A program made the position numbers and the translations under genes. From Carcharhinus amblyrhynchos (lineage: Eukaryota), in assembly GCA_965287045.1 (NCBI GenBank), contig OZ336886.1, positions 38,874,001 through 38,938,000 on the forward strand: 64,000 nucleotides of DNA, given 5' to 3'. Of this stretch, positions 1 through 12,800 are shown one piece after another. Numbering within the stretch: position 1 is the first letter of the stretch; the number at the start of each line of letters is the position of its first letter. The notes beneath the pieces are model-generated. The model searched no databases, was not told where the DNA came from, and saw only the letters and a list, made by a program, of their open reading frames with translations.

Positions 1-789
1 CTTTTCCAGTGACACTTGGGAGTTCTGCAAACTCTGGCTATCAGGAAGGACCCTCTCTGTTATGGTCCCTTGCCCTGCTGTAGAACATGCAGATAAGTTG
101 AAACCAGACAACCTTCTTAAGCTCCACCCATCTCCATGATAATGTAGCCTTTTGGGGTTTACAGAATGCTTTTGAACTAAGTTAGCTTTAACTTCCAAAG
201 CAAAACATCTTTGTGGATTATAATTCTTGGCAGCCAGTGTGGACATCACACCTGCAGCTCTCTGCCTAAGTAAACCCACCTGCTGTTTTAGCATCTTACT
301 TTTCTAGCTTTTCACCCCTTAAGTCAACATAGTCCAATCTTTTAGACTCCAATCTGCATTATAGTTGCATTTATCCCATTTTCTGCAGTAAAACTTTAAT
401 CTTCCCAGAACTAAACATTAGCTGTAAAATATTAACATGAACCATGATCTAGATATACATTATACTAGCATATCCAGTGCAACAATTTCCCCTCATACAC
501 TGCATAGTCACGTAAGAGTGTCTAAAAAATGACCCTGGTCTTTTTGTTGCCTAAATACTCCACTTTGCAGCACCAATTTATGTGTATGCATTCAACCTTC
601 ACCATTATGCAAATGATATTTTAGCTCTATCACAGCATTATGTCTGGTTTACCTTTACTTAGAATTTAAAATTCTTAATTGCTTACTCTTCTACACACAA
701 ATTTTAAAATTGACTAATCTCCTTAACTGCTCCCTACTTCTGATTTAGGCCCCTGTGTCCCTACACATTCTTTTTCAATCCTGGACTCC

Positions 790-995
790 TTTGATTCCTC
801 TTTCTATCTTCAGTTGCTCAATGTTTGGCTGCGATGCCATTCTTGTGCCCTCCATTCCTTTAAAAGCCCCCTCAGAACCTACCTCTTTGATATGCCCTTA
901 AGTTTTTCCTCACCATAAGGTGTGTGGTTATTTTCAACTCATTGGAATGCTTTATGACATTAAAGGAGTTACAAAAGTGCAAGCTGTTGGTGTTA
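790..995 (+). mobile_element. Degenerate L2-type LINE 3' end fragment
   Basis: ccattcctttaaaagccccctcagaacctacctctttga ... gctttatgacattaaaggagttacaaaagtgcaagctgttggtgtt resembles, from memory, the vertebrate L2 3' tail (ctccttaaaacctacctctttga...taaaggcgctatataaatgcaagttgttgtt). Highly diverged. Confidence 0.4.
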
Positions 996-1171
996 GTATA
1001 CAGCTGCTTAGTTACATTACATTCCTGCTTGACTAAATACAAGATGTGATGTACCTGAAAATGCTGCAACTATAAATCAATTACAACACAAAGATTAGAA
1101 TGCTTTCAATCATTTTTATAAACTTTATGCTCCTGTCTATGGGGTTGTACTTGTGCATTTTGTTTAAACAG

Positions 1172-1419
1172 GATGTGCAGGAACATACATTGAGTCTGTT
1201 TGGTCAAATTGTGTGTTTACTGATACGTGCTTTATGTTCAATGTTTTGCTAGCAGAAAGGGAGGTCAATGGGTTGCAATTTTTTATATACCTGCAGTGAG
1301 TGTGGGGTTCGCTGCTCTCTTTCACTGGTTTTGTACAGCTAACGAATTTCTAAATCTAACCATTGATCACTTGTCTCCTTTTGTTCAGAGACAGCAGTTT
1401 GTTGAAACATAGGAATTAA
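1172..1419 (+). CDS. Candidate last two coding exons of an unidentified gene (exon 1172-1295, 93 bp intron, exon 1389-1454 with TAA at 1417-1419)
   Basis: Acceptor ttttgtttaaacAG at 1171 and donor GTGAGT at 1296. The intron has ctaac branch-like motifs and ends tctcctttttgttcAG at 1388. A second donor GTGAGC lies at 1455. The spliced frame is open: CAGTYIESVWSNCVFTDTCFMFNVLLAEREVNGLQFFIYLQDSSLLKHRN*. I recognise no homologue. Confidence 0.3.
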
Positions 1420-1556
1420 GTGTAGGGAATACAATCTGGAAAAGGAAACACAAAGTGAGCCCATGTGATTAGAAATTCATGTGCACAACTGAGTTTCTGA
1501 TATAATTCCAACAAGCAAGGCTTCCTGCCAGTGTGCAGAATCAGAACATCACTTCA

Positions 1557-2831
1557 ATAAGAACATAAGAACATAAGAAATAGGAGCAGGAGTAGGCCAT
1601 CTAGCCCCTCGAGCCTGCCCTGCCATTCAATAAGATCATGGCTGATCTGAAAGAGGTTCAGTTCCACTTACCCGCCTGCTCCCCATTACCCTAATTCCCT
1701 TATTGATCAGAAATCTATCAACCTGTGACTTAAACACATTCAACGACGTAGCCTCCACCACTTCAATGGGCAGAGAATTCCAAAGATTCATTACCCTCTG
1801 AAAGAAGAAGCTCCTCCTCAACTCTGTTCTAAGCTGACTCCCCCTTATTTTGAGGCTGTGTCCTCTAGTTCTTGTTTCCTTTCTAAGTGGAAAGAATCTC
1901 TCTGCCTCTACCCTATCTAGCCCCTTCATTATCTTATATGTCTCTATAAGATCACCCCTCAGCTTTCTAAACTCCAACAAATACAGGCCCAATCTACTCA
2001 ATCTCTCCTCATAAGCAACCCCCTCATCTCCGGTATCAACCTGGTGAATTTTCTCTGTACTCCCTCCAAGGTCCATATATCCTTTCGCAAATAAGGGGAA
2101 CAAAATTGCACACAGTGCTCTAGTTGCAGCCTTACCAGTATCTTGTACAATTGCAGCAAGACCTCCCTGCTTTTATATTCCATCCCCCTCGCAATAAAAG
2201 CCAACATTCCATTTGCCTTCTTGATCACCTCCAGCACCTGCAAACTGAGTTTTTGTGATTCATGCACAAGGACCCCCAGGTCCCTCTGCACAGTAGCATG
2301 TTGTAATTTTTCACCATTTAAATAATAGTTCATTTTACTATTATTCCTTCCAAAGTGGATAACCTCACACTTGCCAACATTATACTCCATCTGCCAGATC
2401 CTCGCCCACTCACTCAGCCTATCCAAATCTCTCTGCAGACTTTCCGTGTCCTCCATGCAATTTGCTTTCCCACTCATCTTTGTGTCATCAGCAAACTTGG
2501 TTACCCTACACTAGGTCCCCTCCTCCAGATCGTCTATGTATATGGTAAACAGTTGACGCCCCAGCACCGAACCCTGCAGCACACCACTAGTCACCAACTG
2601 CCAACCAGAAAAGCACACATTTATTCCGACTCTCTGCTTCCTGTTAGATAGCCAATCCTCAATCCACACTAACACTTTACCCCCAACTCCATGTACTTTA
2701 ATCTTCTGTAGCAACCTTTTGTGAGGCACCTTATCGAACACCTTCTGGAAATCTAAAAACACCACAGTCACCGATTCCCCTCTGTCAACTGCACTCGTTA
2801 CATCTTCATAAAAATCCAGTAAATTTGTCAA
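1557..2831 (-). mobile_element. 5'-truncated CR1-clade LINE (HER1-like), frameshifted RT C-terminal half plus 3' UTR
   Basis: ORFs 2511-2840, 1998-2477 and 1636-2103 give CR1 RT motifs ([74 protein letters not shown]). The 3' tail is (ttcttatg)n at 1557-1580. Confidence 0.95.
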
Positions 2832-3058
2832 TTTCGCCAAGCACTCTGTAATATGACATCTTCTATTCCTTGTTGTTTAGTGTAGAGAACGGTGGCAGAT
2901 CTGGCGTGATTTGCAACATGAAGAAATTTTTGTTTGTTAAGGAAAGAGGAGCGAACTAAAGCTGATGTTCCTCCAGAAACAGTTGTGCAGTCAATTGTAG
3001 CCAAAGCTCATTTGCCCTTACGTCTACGTGGCAGTGGTGTGATTTCTCCATGAAGCTT

Positions 3059-3351
3059 TTTTTATTGCCACAAGAAGTCACACATTAACACTGCAATGAA
3101 GTTACCATGAAAAATCCCCTAATCTACCACACTCTGGTGCCTGTTTTGGGTGCAGTGAGGGAGAATTTAACATGGCCAATGCATCTAACCAGCGTGTCGT
3201 TTGGATGGTGGGAGGAAACCAGAGCATCCAGAGGAGACCCATGCAGACATGGGGAAAACGTGCAAACTCCACACACAGTGACCCAAGCGGGAATCAAACC
3301 CAGGTCCCTGGCGCTGTGGAGCATTGATGCTAACCACTGTGCCACCATGCC
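3059..3351 (-). mobile_element. tRNA-derived SINE (HE1/V-SINE-like)
   Basis: The minus strand starts ggcatggtggcacagtggttagcatc (A-box), has a B-box-like ggtttgattccc, the central gtttgcacgttttcccc...ggtttcctccca domain and an AATAAA-type tail. Confidence 0.9.
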
Positions 3352-3354
3352 ACA

Positions 3355-3810
3355 TTTGCATTGGAATTGTGTATCATGGAATATCATGCTGTATCATAGG
3401 ATCACTAAGTCTTGACCAAGTTGTTGGTTTAAATTTTAGAGGTATTTTCAGTAATAAAACATAGAATAGGCATGGTATGGAATGGAACCTTTTGGTCAGG
3501 TCAGGAAGCTAATGACTGGCCCATAGGTCAGTCCAAATTTAAGCTTAGTAGTAAGACCTTTGGGTCAGGAGAGAACAAAATGATGAATGATCCATGAGTT
3601 ACAGTGTAATAAACTGATTGTCTGGCTTCGGTGGGCCAAGATGTTCAGGGGACTGGGCAAATCGTCAGGATGGGTAAACAAAGTGTGTGTTGTGCAATGA
3701 ACTGTGGGGATCGTTTTTGTTAAAGGTCAGATCATTCTGTGATTATTTTCTAAACTCATAATTGCAGACATACTGAATAGGGCGTAGAAAGTAAGAAGGT
3801 CAGTGCGGGA
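3355..3810 (+). repeat. Copy 1 (partial) of a ~770 bp tandem unit
   Basis: Colinear with 21573-22031. Shared strings include ttgcattg...atcatgctgtatca, aaccttttggtcagg, gatgaatgatccatgagtta, atgaactgtggggat and aattgcagacatactg. Confidence 0.9.
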
Positions 3811-6800
3811 CGAGAGGAGAGATAGACCTTATACTGCAATCGAGAGGGCGAGAGAGATAAGTGAGACGACAATAAAAAGCGAGAAGCGAGACTTCAATAA
3901 AACACGCGAAAGAGAAGGAGGCAAGACTTGAAAGAAAAGTGTCAGTTAGAGGTGATATTTGAAGAAAAGGCGCTAAAAAGAGATAGTGGGAAACATCAAT
4001 AAAAAACGTGCGCAAGAGAGGGATTCAGGAAAATGTGTGAGACGTGAGGCTTCATAAATAAATGTGAGAAATAGAGGCCATATTTGAATAAAATGGTGTC
4101 AAACAGCGATAGAGGTGAGACTTCAATAAAAAGGCGCGAGAGGGTTGGAGTGGAAACTTCAATGAAGAGGCGCGCGGAAGAGATGGTGGTGAAACTCCAA
4201 TAAAACGCGAGGGAAATGAGAGGAGGGACTTCAGTAAAGAGCTCGGACGTTCACTGAGAAGACTCAGCGGCAGTAAAAACCGCTGATTCCATCGTCCAAA
4301 AAGGGGCGAGAGTTAAAACTTCAATGAAAAGCGAGATATAAAGAGATGAGACTTCAATAAAAAGTAAGTGATAAAGGTAAGACTTCAATAAAAAGTGAGA
4401 GATAGAATTGATATTTAAATATAAAGCACGAAAGGAATAAAGGTGAGACTTGAATAAAAAGTGAGAGAGATAGAGGTGAGACGTCAATGCAAATTGTGAA
4501 AGAGGTGATATTTGAATAAAAGCGCGAAAGAGATAGTCATGAAACTTCATTAAAATTGTGAGAGAAATAGAGAAGATATTTGAAGAAAAGGAGCGAAAAA
4601 AAAAGAGGTGAGATTTGGAAAAAAGTGAGAGATACTTGAATAAAAAGCGCGATAGATGAACATGAGACTTCAAAGAAAAGGGAGATCCAGAGGTAAGAGT
4701 TCACTATAAATGCAAGAAGGAGAGATAGAGATGAGACCTTATTACAAAGTGTGAGAGAGCTAGGCAAAGGAGACTTGAATAAAAAGGGTGAGAGATACAC
4801 AAAGTGAGACTTCAGTAAAAGTGTGTGTGTGTGAGAGAGAGCTGAGACTTCATTAAATACAGAGAGACAGGTGTCATATTTGAATAAAAAGGTGGGAAAG
4901 AGAGATAGAGATGAGACTTCACTAAAAATTGTGAGAAATAGAGATGCGGGTTCAATAAAAACTGAGAGAAAGAGATAGTGGTGAGATTTAATTAAAATTT
5001 CTGAGAGATAGAGGCGATATTTGAACAGAAAGATGCGAGAGAGGTGAGACGTCCATGTGAGAGGTAGAATGTGACTTCAATAAAAAGCTCGTGAGAGAGG
5101 CGAGACGACTAAAAAGTGAGTGAGAGGTGGAGATGAGACATTCGTAGGAGATGTGAAAGAAATAGAGGTCTGACTCCACTAAAAAGGGCGAGAATAGAAA
5201 GTGCGAGAGAGATAGAGGTGCGATTTGAATAAAAAGCGCGCGAAAGAGACAGTGGCGAGACTTCAAAAAAACACAAGAGGGAGTGAGAGGAGGGACTTCA
5301 GTAAAGATCTCCGACATTCCCTCAAAGACTCAGCGGGAGTAAAAACTGTTGATTCCATTGTCCAAATAAAAAAGGCGAGAGACAAACTTCAGTAAAAAGT
5401 GAGTGAGGTAGAGGTGAGAGTTCAACAAAAAGTGTGTGAGAGATAGACAGTGGAGACATGAACAAAAAGGGCGAGAGAGACATAAAGGTGAGACCTTCAG
5501 TAAAGATTTGAGAGAGGGAGAGGTGAGACTTGAACAAAAAGTGAGATGGTAGAGATGAAACTTGAATTAAAAATATGAGAGAGTTGAAACTTCTTCAAAC
5601 ACAGATGTATTGTAGGTCATATCTGAATTTAAAAATTGGGAGATAGAGGTGAGACTCCATTAAAAACCGCACAAAAGAGTTTGAGGTGAGACCTGAATAA
5701 AACCTGAGAGAGATTTAGAGGTGAGGTTTCCTTAAAAATAGAGGTGAGATTTAATTCAAATATGTGAGAGGTAGAGGCCATATTTGAATAAAAAGATACG
5801 AAAGAGAGGTGAGACTTCAATCAAATGTTCGCGAGAGAGGTGAGACTTGTCTAAAAGGTGAGGGAGGGAAATGGAGGTGAGACATCAGTAGAAGGTGTGA
5901 GAAGGATAGAAGTCAGACTTCACTGAAAAGGGCGAGAATAAAAAGTGCGAGAGGACAAAGGTGTGATTTGAATAAAAAGCGCGCGAAAATTGAGGCTTCA
6001 ATAAAAAGCGCGCGAAACAGGGCGGTGAGACTTCAATAAAACACAAGAGGGAGTGGGGGGAGGGATTTCAGTAAAGAGCTCAGACATTCTCTCAAAAGAC
6101 TCAGCGAGACAGTTGATTCCATGGTACAAATAAAAAAGGCAAGAGAGGCATGAAACTTCAATAAAAAGTTAAAAACAAGAATAAGACATCGATAAAAAGT
6201 AAGTGATACATCTGAGACTTCAATATAAAGTGAGATGGAAAGGAGACTATATTAGAAAGAGCTCGATGTGAGACTTCAATAAAAAGCACGAGCGGAATAT
6301 AGGCGAGACTTCAATAAGTGTGAGAGACATGGAAGAAAGAATGTGAGAGATACTTGATTGAGAGCGCGAGAGATGGAGGTGAGAGTTCAGTAAAAAGTGA
6401 GATACAGAGGTAAGGCTTTTCCATAAGTACGAGAGAGGGAGATAGAGGTGAGACTTCATTACAAATATAAGAGAGGTGAGACTTCAAAAAAAGTGGGACT
6501 TCCATGTGAGAGATAGAATGAGACTTCAAAAAACTTTCGCAGAAGAGGTGAGACTTCAATGAAAACGGTGAGGAGATGCAGGTGAGACTTAAATAAAGAG
6601 AGATAGATGTGAGATGTCATTAATATTGTGAGAAATAGACGTGATAGTTGAAGAAAAGGCGCGAAAGCTATGGAGGTGAGACTTCAAAAAGCGCGCGGGA
6701 GTGAGGTGAGACTTAATTTAAAAAGTGTGTGAAAGATTGTTAGAGGAGAGACTTGAATAAAAAGGGTGAGAGACATGGAGACGAGGCTTCATTAAAAATT

Positions 6801-9800
6801 GAGACAGGCGGTATTTAAATGAAAAGGTGCGAAAGAGAGTTAGAGGTGAGACTTCAATAAAACGCTCGCGAAAGAGGTGAGACTTAATTAAAAAGTGAGA
6901 GAAGTGACAGATCGAAAAAGGTGAGAGACGGAGAGTCATTTTAAAACTCCGGCGCCGGGGGGGGGGGGGTGCGGGGGGGACGGATAGAAGTGCCATTTGA
7001 ATAAAAAACGCGCGAAAGAGGTGGCGGTGAGATTTCAATAAAACGCAAGGGGGAGTGAGAGGAGAGATTTTAGTAAAGAGCTCGGACAGTCACTCAAAAG
7101 ACCCAGCCGGACTGAAAACTGATGATTCCATTGTCCTGATAAAAAAAGAACCAGACACATGAAACTTCAGTAAAAAGCGCGCGAGTGAGATAGAGGTAAG
7201 CCTTCAATAACAAGTGTGCGTGAGAGAGATAGAGGAGATTTGAATAAAAAGGGTGAGAGAGGCATAAAGGTGAGACTTCAGTAAACGCGTGAGAGAGAGA
7301 AGTGAGAATTGAACTAAAAGTGAGATAGATTGTAGAGGTGAGACTTGAATTAAAAGTGTGTGAGAGAGAGTTGAGACTTCTTTAACACAGCGAGATAGAG
7401 ACCATATATGAATCAAAAGGTGGGAGAGATAGAAGTGAGACTTCATGAAAAAACGCGCAAAAGTGCTTGAGGTGAAACTTGAAAAAGTGTGAGAGATTTA
7501 GAAGTGAGACTGAATTAAAAATAGATAGAGGTGAGATTTAATTAAAATTTGTGAGAGATAGACGAGGTATTTGAACAGAAAGGTGTGAAAGGGACGTGAG
7601 ACTTCCATGTGAGGTAGAGTGAGACTTCAATTAAAAGCTCTCGAGAGAGGTGAGACTTGACTAAAAAGTGAGAGATAGAGGTGAGACATTAGGAGAAGGC
7701 ATGAGAGGGATAGAGGTCAGACTTCACTTAAAAAGGCGAGAATAAAAAGTGATAGAGAGAGGAATAGAGGTGTGATTTGAATAAAAAGCGCGCGAAAGGT
7801 GAGGCTTCAAGAAAAAAAGCACGCAAAACAGAGTGGTGAGACTCCAATAAAACGCTAGAGGGAGTGAGAGGAGGGACTTCAGTGAAGAACTCGGACATTC
7901 ACTCAAAAGACTCAGCGGGACTGAAAACTGTTGATTCCATTGTCGAAATAAAAAAGGCGAGAGAGATGAAACTTCAATAGAAAGTGAGAAACAGATAAGA
8001 CGTCGCTAAAAAAGTAAGTGAAGGGGGAGACTTCATTACAATGTGTGAGAGAAATAGAGGTGAGACTTGGAAACAGGTGTGAGAGATACTTGAATAAAAA
8101 GTGCGAGAAATAGATTTGAGACTTCAATAATGAGAAATACAGAGGTAAGACTTCACTATAAATGCGAGAGAGGGAGATAAAGGTGAGACTTCATTACAAA
8201 TGTGAGATAGAGGTGAGACTTGAAAAAAGGAACAGAGGTGAGACTTCCATATAAGCGATAGAATGAGACTTCAAAAAATTGCACGACAGAGATGAGACTT
8301 TAATGAAAAGAGAGGGAGATAAATAAAAAAAAGATAGAGGTGAGACTTCATTAAAATTGTGAAAATGACATTTGAAGAAAAGGGGCGAAAGCGATAGAGG
8401 CGAGATTTCATTTAAAAAATGTGTGAGAGAGATAGACAGGAGAGAGTTGAATAAAAAGAGTGAGAGACATAAAAGTGACACCAGTAAAAATTGAGATAGA
8501 GGCGATATTTAAATAAAAAGGTGCGAAAGAGAGTTGGATGTGGGACTTCAATAAAATGTTCGGGAGAGAGGTGAGACTTGGCTAAAAAGTGAGAGAGGTG
8601 ACATATCAATAAAAGGGTGCGAGAAGGAGCCTTATTTAAAGAGTGCGAGAGAAATGGAGATACGATTTGAATTAAAACACGCTCGAAAGATGAGGCTTCA
8701 ACAAAACGCAAGAGAGAGTGAGGAGGGACTTAAGTAAAGAGCTCACTCAAAAGACTCAGCGGGACCAAAAAGTGTTGATTCCATGGTCCAAATAATAAAG
8801 GGCGAGAGATGATGAAACTTCAGTAAAAAGTGAGCGAGGGCTATAGAGGTGAGACTTCAATAAAAAGAGATAGAAGGAGGAGACTTGAATAAAAAGGGTG
8901 AGAGAGAGAGACAAAGGTGAGAATTCAGTAAACGTAAGAGGGGGAGGTGAGACTTGAACAAAAAGTGAGAAGTTAGAGGTGAGACTTGAATTAAAAGTTT
9001 GACAGAGAGTTGAGACTTCTTTAACACAGATAGAGGCGATGTTTGAATAAAAAAAGGTGGAAGAGATGGAGATGGGACTTCATGAAAAAAACGCGCAAAA
9101 GAGCTTGAGGTGAAACTGAAATAACAAGTGAGAGATTTAGGGGTGAGACTGAATTAAAAATAGATAGACGTGAGATTTAATTAAAATTTGTGAGAGATAG
9201 AGACGGTATTTGAATAGAAAGGTGTGAAAGAGGGAGGTGAGACTTCCATGTGAGAGGTAGAGTGAGATTTGAATAAAAAGCTCTCGAGAGAGGTGAGACT
9301 TGACTAAAAAGTGAGAGAGGGTTGGTGAGACATCAGTAGAAGGTGTGAGAGGGATAGAGGTCAGACTTCACCAAAAGGGCGAGAATAAAAAGTGCGAGAG
9401 GGATAGAGGTGCGATTTGAATAAAAAGCGCGCGAAAGGTGAAGCTTCAAGAGAAAGCGCGCCAAAGAGAGGGTGGTGAGACTCCAACAAAACGCAAGAGG
9501 GAGTGAGAGTAGAGACTTAAGTAAAGAGCTCGGACATTCACCCAAAAGACCCAGCCGGACTGAAAACTGTTGGTCCTATAGTCCAAATAAAGACGACAGA
9601 GAGATGAAACTTCAATAAAAAGTGAGAAGCAGAGCGATTAGACGTTAATAAAAAGTGAGTGACGGAGGGGAGACTTCATTAAAAAGTGCGAGAGATGTAG
9701 AGGTAAGACTTCGAAAAAAAAGTGAGCGATACTTGAATAAAAAGCGCGAGAGTTAAGAGGTGAGACTTCAGTCAAAAGTGAGATTCCGAGGTAAGACTTC

Positions 9801-12800
9801 ACTATAAATGCGAGAGCGGAAGATAGAGGTGAGACCTCATTACCAATGTGAGGGAGCTATAGAGGTGAAACATCAAAAAAGAAAGGGAGGTAAAACTTCA
9901 CAAAAAACACGCGAGAAAAGTGAGACGTCAATGAAAAGAGTGAAGGAGATACAGGTGAGATTTCAATTAAAGAGAAATAGAGGTGAGACTTCATTAAAAT
10001 TGTGAGAAATGGGGTGCTATTTGAAGAAAAGGCGCGAAAGAGGTAGAGGTGAGACTTCAAAAAAGCGCGAGCGAGAAACTTGCATAAAAAGGGTGAGAGA
10101 GACATAGAGGTAAGACTTCAATAAGAAGTGAGAGAGATTTAGAGGTTAGACTGAATTAAAAATAGATAGAGATGAGATTTAATTAACATTTGTGAGAGAA
10201 AGGCGAGATTTGAATAGAAAGATGTGGAAGAGAGGTGAGACTTCCACGTGAGGTAGAGTGAGACTTCAATAAAAAAGCTCGCGAGAGAGATGAGACGACT
10301 AAAAAGTGAGTGAGAGATGGAGGTGAGACACCAGTAGAAGGTGTGAGAAGGATGGAGGTCAGATTAACTAAAAAGGGCGAGAATAAAAACTGCGAGAGAA
10401 AGGGGTAGAGGTGCGATTTGAATAAAAAACGCGCGAAAGAGAGTGGTGAGACTTCAATAAAACGCAAGAGGGAGTGAGAGAAAGGACTTTAGTAAGCAAC
10501 TCGGACATTCACTCAAAAGACTCAGCGGGACTGAAAACTACTGATTCCATTGTCCAAATAAAAAAAGCGAGAGAGAGAGAGAAATGAAACTTCAATAAAA
10601 AGTGAGAAACATTGATAAGATGTTGATAAAAAGTAAGTAATGGAGGGAAGGCTTCAAAAGAAAGAGTGAGAGAAATAGAGGTGAGACTTCAATAAAAGTG
10701 TGAGAGATATCGAGATGAGACTCGAAATAAAATGCGACAGATACTTGAATAAAAGCGGGAGAGATGGAAGTGAGACTTCAATAAAAAGTGAGAGATACAA
10801 AGGTAAAACTTCGCTATAAATGCGAGAGAGGGAGGTAGAGGCGAGACTTCATTACAAATGTGAAAGAGGTGAGACTTCGGTGTGAGAGATAGAGTGAGAC
10901 TTCAAAAAATCGCGCGGGAGAAGTGCGAGTTCAATGAAAAGGGTGAGGGAGATACAGGTGAGACTTAAATAGAAAGAGAGATAGATGTGAGACTTCATTA
11001 AATTGTGAGAAACACAGGTGATATTTGAAGAAAAGGCGCGAAAAAGATAGATGTGAGACTTCAAAAGGCGCACGCGGGAGAGGTAAGACTTCGTTTAAAA
11101 AGAGATTGATAGAGGAGAGACGACTAAAAAGGGTGAGCGAGATATAGAGGCGAGACTTCAGTACAAATTGAGATAGAGGCGATATTTAAATAAAATGATT
11201 CGAAAGAGAGCGCGCGGCGGGACTTCAATAAAACGCTCGCGAGAGCGGTGAGAGTTAACTAAGAAGTGAGAGAGGTGACACATCAATAGAAAGGTGCGAG
11301 AGGAGTGCGGGAGGGAGGGATAAAGGTGCGATTTGAATAACAAGTGCGAGAAAGGTAAGGCGCGCGAAAGACACAGTGGTAAGTCTTAAATAAAACGCAA
11401 GAGGAAGTGAGAGCAGGGACTTCAGTGGAGAGTTCCGACATTCATTCAAAAGATCTAGCGGGACTGAAAGCTGCTGATTACATGGTCTAAATAAAAAGGT
11501 GCGAGTGGGAGAGAGAGCTGAAACTTCAGTAAGAAGTGCGCGAGTGAAATAGGGGTGAGACTTCAATAAAGTGTGAGGGGAGTCAGAGGAGACTTGAATA
11601 AAAAGGGTGAGAGAGACATAAAGGTGAGACTTCAGTAAATGTAAGAGAGGGAGTTGAGACTTGAACAAAAAGTGAGATGGATGGTGGAGGTGAGACTTGA
11701 ATTAAAAGTGTTGTGAGAGCTGAGACTTCTTTAATACAGGAGACAGAGACCATATTTGAATACAAAGGCAAGAAAGAGAGATAGAAGTGAGACTTCATGA
11801 AAAAAACGCGCAGAAGACCTTGAAGTGAGACTTGAATAAAAAGTGTGAGAGATTTAGAGGTGAGACTGAATTAAAAATAAAGGTAAGATTTAATTAATAT
11901 TTGTGTGAGGTGAAGGCGACATTTGAATGGAAAGGCGTGGAAGAGAGGGAGACTTCCATGTGAAAGGTAGAGTGAGACTTCAATAAAAAGCTCGTGAGAG
12001 AGTTGCGACTTGACTTAAAAGTGAGAAAAAGATGGAGATGAGACACCAGTAGAAGATGTGAGAGGGATAGAGGTCAGACTTCGCTTAAAAAAGGGCGAGA
12101 ATAAAAAGTGCTAGAGAGAGCAATTTGAATAAAAAGCGCGCGAAAGGTGAGTCTTCAATAAAAAGCGCGCGGAACAGTGGTGAGACTTCAATAAAACGCT
12201 AGAGGGAGTGAGAGGAGGGACTTCAGTAAAGAGCTCGGACATTCACTGAAAAGACTCAGCGGGACTGAAAACTATTGACTCCATAGTCCGGATAAAAAAG
12301 GTGAGAGAAAGATGAAACTTCAATAGAAAGTGAGAAACAGAGCTAAGACGCCAACAAAAGGTAAGTGATAGAGGGGAGGCTTCAATAAAAAGTGCGAGAG
12401 AGATGCGACTATATTAAGAGCTTGATGTGAGACTTCAGTATAAAGTGCGTGAGAAATGCAGTTGAATCGTCAGTTAAAAAAGAGATATAGAGGTGAGACT
12501 TGGAAAAGTGAGATCTTGAATAAAAGAGGTGAGAAATAGAAGTGAGACTTCAATAAAAAGTGAGAGATACAGAGGTAAGATTTCACGATAAGTGCGAGAG
12601 AGAGATAGAGGTGAGAGATCATTACAAATGTGAGGGAAATATAGAGATGAGACTGGAAAAATAAAATAGGAGTGAGACTTCAAAAAATTGCGTGGGAGAG
12701 GTGAGACTTCAATGAAAAGAGTGAGGGAGATACAAGTGAGACTCCAATAAAAAAGAGTTAGATGTGAGACTTCAATAAAATTGTGAGTAATAGAGGTGAT

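Noticed and set aside
250-600. Possible ancient CR1 remnant on the minus strand
   Set aside because: Only a faint LRGEKL-like word is visible, which is too degraded to support a call.
2881-3053. Protein-like short frames (CRERWQIWRDLQHEEIF; KEERTKADVPPETVVQSIVAKAHLPLRL)
   Set aside because: They are in different frames, are interrupted by stops and match nothing I recognise. At most this is a non-coding terminal exon.
3490-3570. Cluster of (A)GGTCA/TGACCT nuclear-receptor half-sites and an AP-1-like word in the 770 bp unit
   Set aside because: The sites are not consistently conserved among the three copies, and short motifs cannot be called functional from sequence alone.
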